Shown here: positions 48,857 through 56,929 of the stretch, in pieces
Layout: each line of letters starts with the position of its first letter
Position numbering within the stretch: the stretch's first letter is position 1
Assembly (NCBI GenBank): GCA_963575745.1
Contig: CAUYUJ010000053.1
Coordinates: 62,001-118,929, forward strand
Direction: 5' to 3'
Length of the DNA stretch: 56,929 bases
Source: Prorocentrum cordatum
Taxonomy: Eukaryota
Made by a program: the position numbers and the translations under genes
Notes under the pieces: generated by a model
What the model was told of the DNA's origin: nothing
Database searches by the model: none
What the model saw: only the letters and a program-made list of their open reading frames with translations

Positions 48857-49935
48857 GATAATAATAATGATAATAATACTAATACTAATACTAATACTAA
48901 TACTAATAATAATAATGATATTAATAATACTAATAATAATAACACTAACACTAATACTACTTTTACAAATAATACGAATAATGCTAATATGAATAATCAC
49001 AAGAAGACGAGGAGGAGGAGGCGGAGGAGGAGGAGGAAGAGAGGAGGAGGCGAGGAGGAGGAGGCGGAGGAGGAGGAGGAGGAGAGGAGGAGGAGAGGGA
49101 GAGGAGAGGAGGAGGGAGGAGGAGGAGGAAACGGAGGAGACGAGGAACGCGAGGAAGACAGGAAGACGAGAAGACGAGAAGACGAGGAATACGAGGAATA
49201 CGAGGAGGAGCGAGGAGGAGAGAAGGAGAGAGGAGGAGGAAGGAGAGGAGGAGGAGGAGGAGGGAGGAGAGGAGAGGGAGGAGGGAGAGGAGGAGGAGGA
49301 GGAAGGAGGAAGGAGGAGGCAGGGCAGATGAGGAGGGGAGGAGGGGAGGAGGGAGGAAGGAGCGAGGGAGGAGGCGAGGGGGAGGAGAGAGGAGGAGGAG
49401 GAGGGAGAGAGAGGAGGGGGGAGGAGAGAGGGGAGAGAGAGGGAGAGAGAGGGGAGGAGGGAGCAGGAGCAGGGAGGAGGGAGGAGGAGCAGGATCAGGG
49501 AGCAGGGAGCAGGGAGCAGGGAGCAGTGAGCATGGAGCAGGGCACTAGCAGGGAGCAGGGAGCAGGGAGGAGAGGGGAGGAAGGGAGGAGGAGGAGGAGG
49601 AGGAGAGGAGGAGGAAAAGGAGGAGAAGGAGGAGGAAAGGAAAAAAGGAGGAGGGTGAGGAGGGAGGGAGGGGGAGGGGGAGGGGGGGGATGGAGGAGGA
49701 GCAGGAGGAGGAGGAGGAGGAGAGGAGGAAGGAAGAGGAGGAGAGGAGGAGGAGGAGAGGAGGAGGAGGAGAAGGAGGAGGAGGAGAGGAGGAGGAGGAG
49801 GAGGAGAGGAGGCAGGGAGGGGAGGCGGGAGGAGGAGGAGGAGGGGGAGGAGGAGGAGGAAGGAGGAAGAGGAGGAGGAAGAGAGGAGGAGGAGGAGGAG
49901 GAGGAGGAGGAGGAGGAGGAGGAGGAGGAGGGGGA
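47408..49935. repeat. 2.5-kb low-complexity block: (GAG)n, then degenerate (AAT/ACT)n, then (GAG)n
   Basis: Directly visible. Confidence 0.95.
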
Positions 49936-50612
49936 GGCCTGGCATTGCGCTCCCCGCCGCAGGCGCGGTTCCCAGCAGTCGAGGCAAGGCCCAGCCGCCC
50001 AGCAGCTGGGCGCCACCGCGCTCCGGCGCGGCGCCACGCCCCCGAGATGCGACCAGGCTGCCCTGCGGCTCCGGCCGCCCGGCCCCCTTCAGGGGAGAGG
50101 AACCGGCGACGGCGTCATTTCGGGCGGGGCCACGGCTAGGATGCAGTGGAGAGACATTCTCGCGTCGTGGAGAGGTAGTCGCGGCGGGGAGCTTTTTGCT
50201 GTCGTTGCCGCTTGTGGCCCTCCGGGGGCCCGTGACGGGACCGTCAGAAACGACTCGGGGTGAACAGCCTGCCTTGGGGACAGGGTCAGGGCTTCTGGGG
50301 GCCCGTAGTGAAAACAGGAAGACACATCATGTCGGGGGGGCAGCATCGTCCCGGAGCGTTCTGGCGGATCGCTTCCCCCGGCTTTCCGGAGCAGGGGGCG
50401 GCCAGCCCCCCCCCACAGAGGCGTCATGAGGGGAGGGGGCTTGAGGGATCTCTTCCTTTTCGAACTCCTGAACCCTTCCCCAGACCCGCACCAAGTCATG
50501 AGAAAATGGCGACGGGAGTCTTTTCGTCACGCTCGGTTCCTGGGGGCCCTTCTTACCGGTCTGGGGCCGTCCCGGGAATGGGTCGAGGCCTCTGTGGGTC
50601 GACGTTGTGAGA

Positions 50613-51177
50613 CATCATGACGTCGGGGGTTGGAGGCCCCCCAGGCTCAGACAACGGTTCGGGATGACGAACCAGTCTCGAGGAGAGCTCTCGGGAGGAC
50701 AGGACCCGTTCGCGTTCGGCTTGTGGCAGTGGTTTCGTTCCAAGCAGCGAGCTGGGCCTCTCTCCAGTCGTGGCCGCGAGCCCATTTCAGGCACCCCAGG
50801 AGCGGAGCGGCGTCTCTGGATCATGACGTCGGGGGTCTGGGCCCCCCAGGCTCAGACAACGGCTCGGGATGAAGCGCCAGTCTCGAGGAGAGCTCCCGGG
50901 GGGACGGGGCCCGCTCGCCTCAGGACTCCTTCGGCTCGTGGTTCAGCGGCTTCGCTCCAGGCAGCGAGCCGGGCCTCTCTCCGGTCGCTTGGCATCGCTC
51001 GGACGTGTGCATGTTTCCTTCGGCGAGGGCCGTCGAGGAGCACCCTCGATCATTTGGCGAAAAAGCCACGCACGAAACCTGAAAAAACACAGGACATGGA
51101 CGTCCGAGCGATGGCCAGGTCGTGGCCGCGAGCCCTTTCAGGCACCCCAGGAGCGGAGCGGCGTCTCTGGATCATGC
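50613..51177 (+). repeat. Tandem duplication of a ~207-bp unit, second unit interrupted by family D copy 4
   Basis: ATCATGACGTCGGGGGT at ~50614 and ~50820; both units end GCGGCGTCTCTGGATCATG. Confidence 0.88.
50989..51118 (+). mobile_element. Family D, copy 4
   Basis: TSD GTCGC/GTCGT; the empty site GTCGT is at 50767-50771. Confidence 0.93.
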
Positions 51178-51837
51178 GCCGTGGAGGTTGCAGAGGGCTT
51201 GCCTTCCTCGTCGTGGCATGTTTGATACTCGGTTGCCCTTTGGCTTCGTGCGCCTCTCCCCCACCCGCGGACCCCGTCCGCCAGGTTTTCTCCGTTGGCC
51301 GCTTCGTCTCTCGTGGCCTCCCCCACGGCGGCCATGTCTGTCGCACTTGTTGGCGGTCGCTTGGGTTTCATGGCTTCCTATAGATGGCTTCCAACCACAA
51401 TCGGCGAGGGGTTGCTCGCACCCCGGGGCATTGATGCGGTCAGGAGGTTTGCCGTAGCGTGTCGTTCCGCCGGTCCTGGCCCACCACGATTCTGCGCGAC
51501 ACGCTCTCCACGTCCCCATAACTGATGGGCTTGTTTTCCGTTGCCACCACCATAAGTTGGAGGGGGAGGGGTCCTCCTCCTCCTCCTCCTCCTCCTCCTC
51601 CTCCTCCTCCTCCTCCTCCTCCTTCCCCCCTCCAACTTCTGGTGGTGGTGGTGGAAAACGGGCCCATCGGTAGCCCAGCGTCAGTGTGCCGAGCTTGTCC
51701 CCGCCTCGCGCCTCGCGGAGCGGAGCGACCTCCAGCAGCTCGCAGGGCGCGGCGTGTCGACGGGGCCGCCGCTGCGACATGCTGAGCAGAAGCGCCCAGC
51801 TGCGGGCTCTGCCCTCTCACTGAGGCCGGACTTGACC

Positions 51838-51959
51838 TCAGTCGGGCCTGTCCCTCTACAGGAGGAATCTCCAGAGATGATCAACCATGTTGGTTTATAT
51901 TTAGACTATCTTCATTTTTTCGCCCAAAATCCCCCTGTAGGGGGACAGGCCCGACCTAA
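51838..51959. mobile_element. Family B, short copy
   Basis: GTCGGGCCTGTCCC...GGGACAGGCCCGAC. Confidence 0.8.
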
Positions 51960-52643
51960 ACTGAACCGCTCCACTCCTCATACTGCGTTCTCATACTTAT
52001 TACGCGCGGCCATTCATGTTCAAACAGCCTAACTACGAGCATGCCAGCCAGTCCCGGTATCACCCGTCCCTCCCCCTTGATCCTTGTCGAATGGTATTTG
52101 CGGTGCGACAGCGATAATCTAAGAGGTGTTTTTTGTACAAGTCCCTTGCAACATACATGATGCGGGTCACACGCGCGTCCCGTACCGCCGCGCGCGCATG
52201 TCATGCTCATTCGAACTTACTATTTCTAGAGTCACAGCTTCTACAAGCGTCACGACGAGATTCGCGAGCACCGCCTGGCGCTTCCACAGACGGCTGCCAC
52301 AGTTCTGCGCGCGCGCGCTCGCTGGACGTTGGAACCGTACATCACGTGGTGGTGCCTTGGCCGCGCTGTCCAGCGAGGCCCCGGCGGGCCGCACGCCCCC
52401 GCGGGTCGCCAGCGGTCACCGAGCAGTGCGCGCCGGCCAACTCTGGCGAGCAATGCAGTTCGGGTATAGCCAGGACCTCGGTGAAGGGGAGCCGGTCAGT
52501 GATTGGTCCCCGAAGCCCAAAGTATGGATTGGAATCGCTAAACCAGGTCTGCCGTAGCTGATGCTTTTCGGGTTACGGCAATTCCAGTTAATGGAGGATG
52601 ACGATTGATAAATGACCTGGTGTCGTGTTCACGCGGCGGCGCC

Positions 52644-52680
52644 CGGGATGACGATTAGAAAAAACCGGCCGCGGGCTGGA

Positions 52681-52736
<56 letters not shown>

Positions 52737-52826
52737 GTTCTTCTCCAGTCAGAAAGTTGTGCAGAAATAGCAGAAAACTATTTTTTTGATCGGTCTCTCC
52801 TATTTTTTAAAGTAATCGTCATCCCG
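52644..52826. mobile_element. MITE with internal poly-T
   Basis: Perfect 14-bp TIR CGGGATGACGATTA...TAATCGTCATCCCG. Confidence 0.75.
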
Positions 52827-53899
52827 CACTCGTGGAATGGGACGCGGGGGGCGCCCCCCGGTACACATCACTAAACCAGGTCCCACTAAGCCCAGTTCTG
52901 CCAGCGCCCGAGCAGTGCAGGCTGCGCGCGCACGCGTCTCCGCGCGCGCAGGGCTGAAGCCTTGCAGCAATGCGGGTCCTCTGGGCGTGCCAGCGCAGGT
53001 GTTTGAACACCCACGGGGCCCAGCCGCTCATCAGTGCACAGCGCTACCATGCTGACAGGGCTTCTGCGGGCGCGCACTTCGTCAGCATCGTTGCCAGCAC
53101 AGGCGTTATCATCATCGTCAGCGTCATCATTGCCATCGTCATCGTCATCATCGTCATTATCGTCGTCGTCATCATCATTATCATCATCATCATCAGCATC
53201 ATCATCTTCGTCATCCTCATCCTCATCATCATCATGACCGTCGTTGCCATGATCACCGCCGCCATCGTCATCCTCATCCTCATCATGACCTTCGTGGCCA
53301 TGATCACCGCCGCCATCGTCATCGTCATCCTCGATGCCGTCGTCCTCGTCCGATCTCTGCGCGCACACTTCCTCATCATCCTCGCGACCTCATTGTCATC
53401 GCCAGCGTCAGCGTTGCCACCGTGCACAGTTGAGTTTCGCCAACAAGTAGCGGATGGGTGGGTCGGGTGATTGCGTGAGTGTTGGAGGTGGTCAAGCGCG
53501 GATCCGGTCAAAAGTCAGTTTGCCCCAGAGCTTCCTGTTCCTCCAACAAATATACCCCTTTGTATATATATATATATATATATATTCATTCTGCACGGTC
53601 CATCATGCTACGTATCAGACATCATTCCCGCCAGCCGGTATCGACTCCCTTTCATCCGTGTCGGGTATTAATGTACGGTGCGCGTATGTTGATCTAAGCA
53701 GTGTTTGGTTTGAGGGCCTCCCGGCAAAGAAGCGATGCGGGGCACATGCGCGTGCCTCCGTGCGCGCATGTCAGAACCGTTCAACAGCTATTGGGGTCCG
53801 GCTATGTTCGCAACATAGCTGCGCAGCAAGATATCAAAAACCCTTGGCTCTTCAACATCAGAGTGTTGAGACTTTTGCGCGCGCTCACTATAGCCATAA

Positions 53900-54066
53900 T
53901 CAGAAGGGGAAAAAACACACAGACACAATTAATCGTCGACTCCCCGGAAAATATGGGAAAATATGGGAAGTGGGGGGGAAGACGGAAACCCAGAAAATAC
54001 AGGAAAATATGGGGAATCTTTTGTTGTATTTGTGTGCATTTATTTGTGTGTCCCAGGGCCCCTCCA
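53900..54066 (+). mobile_element. Family A, copy 7
   Basis: Homologous to the other copies; ATAA is duplicated at the flanks. Confidence 0.85.
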
Positions 54067-54215
54067 ATAAGAAGACCAGTCGTGTGTGGCCATTCTGCCA
54101 CATCAGGCAGCGCGGGCCCCACGCGCGCGCCTCCGCGCGCACGTCGGAGTCCTCCTCCGGCACCAGTGGCTATATCCAAGCATGCCAGCACGGATGTGTT
54201 CAGAGCACACACGAA

Positions 54216-54411
54216 TCGGGGGCGGCAAAGAGGGGGGGTGATGACTAAGGGGGTGTGGATATCATGGCGTGGGGCCATGATATTTCCCCAGATTTCATGG
54301 CGCCTCTTCTTATTTCATTACGTCCCTGGCCCCCCCGCTGGGCCGCGCACATGCCGCCGGTCATGATTTGCACCCCCCCCTCTTGGACACCCCCCTCTTG
54401 GCCGCTCCCGA
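54216..54411. mobile_element. TCGG...CCGA MITE
   Basis: TIR TCGGGGGCGGCAAAGAGGGGGG...CCCCCCTCTTGGCCGCTCCCGA; perfect TSD ACGAA. Confidence 0.9.
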
Positions 54412-54604
54412 ACGAAAACCCAAGGACCCAAGGGTCTGTCAGTACAGAATACGTCAGGGATGCCGAATCTCTGCGAGCGCGCACTTCCTCATCATCCTCA
54501 TCTGCACAATCGTCGTCATCATCGCCAGCGTCAGTATTGCCATCGCTGCGTCATCATGATCATCACCACCATCATCATCAACAGCACCGCCATCATCATC
54601 ATCG

Positions 54605-54655
<51 letters not shown>

Positions 54656-56060
54656 ACAACATCATCATCGTCGTCATCATCATCATCCTTTATCATCACC
54701 ACCAACGTCGTAGATATTATCCACCGCTGTCATCGTCGATGTCGTCGCCCTCGTCGGATTGCTGCGCGCGCGAACTTCCTCGTCATTCTCACCAGCACCA
54801 TCGTTATCGTCATCGCCGACGTCGTACTTTCCACCGTCATTATCACCATCAGTTTCATTACCATCACCATCTTTGGCGACCATCGTCGTCATGAACGTTA
54901 TAGTCATCATCGTCGTCGTCGTCTTCGTCGTCGTCGTTGTCGCCGCCTAGCTGCTGTTTGCCAATCAGTTTTGAGTGGTTGTGTGGGATGTTTACACGAG
55001 CATCTGTGGTTGTCATGCGTTGATGCGGTCAGCCTAAAGTGCACCGCATAGATTTCACAGAGTCGTTGGTGTTGGGCACATACGTTGGCATCAGATGAGC
55101 AAAGCGTGAAGGGTCAGGATATGATCATACCTACCAGCATGGATTTGCAGAGTATATTCCGACCGACCGGCCGACTACGCGTTCGGCCCCACCCCCTTCA
55201 GAAAGGGCGGACCTGGAGGCGAGGGCGAGGATTTGCAGTGTCGCGCAAGCGGTTGCGCCGCTCAGGCAGGAGGGGGAGGGGTGAAGACGAGGAGGATGTG
55301 CCCAGTAGCGGACATGCGACAGACCCAAATGCCCGACATCGCGGGCTGCATTACGCTTCTCGCACTGAGTCTTCATCGCGCCTGGTCGCCCTGGCAGGAA
55401 ACACGCAGTACCACGCATGCCAAGTTCTGTTGCCCGTGGTTTTTCCCTGATCCCGCGCCTAGCCTTTGCTAGGCGCATGCTTGTGCCCCCGCGCCTGGTG
55501 GCGCATGGCTTGTTCGCTCGTTCCGTGAAGCCTGTGCCCTGGCGCACACGTGCAAGACCTTCACGGTCTGAGCGTGCTCCGTCTCTCGCGGCCTCTTCCT
55601 CCCCCCGCGCCCTTTTTTTTTTTTTTTGTTCCTTCCGTGCCCGCTTCGGCTCCGAGGTGTCTCTCGGCCACCCCGACCGGGTCTCGGACCCAGGTCGCAG
55701 CTGACAGCAACAGACACCGTTCGTTGTTTCGCTCCTGCTTCTGCCCGCGAGCTGCGCCTGCACGCGGGCTGCGCGAGCTGCACCTCGAGTGCGGCGGGGC
55801 CTCCGCGAGCTGCGCCTCGAGTGCGGCGGGCCTCGAGTTGCTACCCCCCTCCCCTGCACGCGGGCTGCGCCCCGAGTGCGGCGGGGCCTCCGGGGCAGCA
55901 CGCCCGCGCGGCTCTCCCCCAGCCGGAGAGCCATCGGGAGAGGGCCCGCCGCCCGCGGGGCGGAGCGGGGGAGCCTCCACTCGCAGGGCCCGAGCCCCAA
56001 GCGGTTTCCGCCGTGCGCAGTGCCAGGCGCCATGTCCAGTGTTGTGGAGGACGATCAATG

Positions 56061-56223
56061 TCAGGAGGGGAAAACACACAGACTCAATTGATCGCCGATT
56101 CCCAGGAAATGATATGGGAAAGTATGGGAATTGGGCGGGAAGACAGAAACCCAGAAACTATGGGAAAATATGGGGAATCTTTTTATTTGTGTGTTTTAAT
56201 TTGTGTGTCCCAGGGCCCCTTCA
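56061..56223 (+). mobile_element. Family A, copy 8
   Basis: TSD CAATG/CCATG. Confidence 0.85.
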
Positions 56224-56929
56224 CCATGGAGAGGAAGCATGTTGCCAAATGATTTCCAGATGTCTAAATCCTGTGATAAACATGTTTTTAGCATGTAGAG
56301 CACACATTTTAACCATGTTTCAAACATTTCCCGAAGTGTTCAACACATTATGAATTCAATGATAGGACTGTTAGGGTGTCCTCTGTCGTGGCATACGCAA
56401 GTCTGGTGTGTGCGGCGCGTTTCGGAAGCTCTTCGCTCCCTTCGTCGGGCATGGGCCCAAATGGCTGCCGCGCGGCGCACGCTCACAATACACGCGGCGA
56501 GTGCGACTGATGGCACATCTTGGAACCCACGAGTAAGCATGATGGCAAAGACGAAAGCCTTCACGATGACCTCGCCTGAAGGAGGGCCCCAAGCAGAGTA
56601 GGTAGGGCCCTGTATGAAACAGGGATCTGGAGGTCCCCGTCGGAGCAATAGTACCTCTGACGAGCACCATCGTACTGGTGATCCAAACTTGAGGTTGAAG
56701 GCAACAGTCAAGCACCACCGCACCTGTGGTCCACAATTGTGGTTAGAGGCCCCAGTCGGCGAAACAGCACCCGTGAGGAGCACCACCGTGCTTGTGAACC
56801 GGAAATTCTGGTTGGAGGTCCCCGTCGCCGCAAAAAAGTAACCGCGACGAGCAGCACCGACGGCACACCGAGGGAGGGAGGGAGGGGAGGGGGGAAGAGG
56901 GGGAGGAGGGGAGGAGGAGGCAGGGGGGG

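Noticed and set aside
47020..50263. Long E-, R-, I- or L-rich ORFs
   Set aside because: Simple-repeat translations.
52685..52731. Poly-T as a retrocopy poly-A tail
   Set aside because: It lies inside a perfect 14-bp TIR pair (52644-52826), so it is an internal MITE expansion.
56340..56786. 148-aa minus-strand ORF
   Set aside because: No recognisable domain, and part of it is built from GAGCACCACCG-type repeats; insufficient evidence for a CDS.
1..56929. tRNA or rRNA genes
   Set aside because: No cloverleaf or rRNA signature recognised. The GGGTTCGATTCCC near 7722 is an isolated T-loop/B-box-like motif without a supportable tRNA body.

Overview
This is GC-rich, extremely repeat-dense eukaryotic DNA, most likely dinoflagellate: a 21/22 match to the dinoflagellate spliced leader sits at 3058-3079. 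I see no intact protein-coding gene, and most of the ORF track is translated repeats. The window is a mosaic of four things. (i) More than a dozen families of short non-autonomous DNA elements with 5-bp, 8-bp or TA target-site duplications (TSDs), often nested. (ii) Micro- and minisatellites, an 89-bp satellite in two orientations, a three-unit ~1.13-kb tandem array next to an assembly gap, and a higher-order array with an orientation flip. (iii) Decayed retroelement coding fragments. (iv) Spliced-leader relics. Best leads: a 5'-truncated, (CAT)n-flanked LINE-like 3' end whose RNase H motifs occur in circularly permuted order (33391-34185); a probable retrotransposon-borne DNA methyltransferase C-terminus (25292-25552); strong co-orientation of several MITE families across 57 kb; and a family with introner-like architecture whose empty and filled sites are both present (50600-51180). 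All alignments were done by eye and no database search was run.
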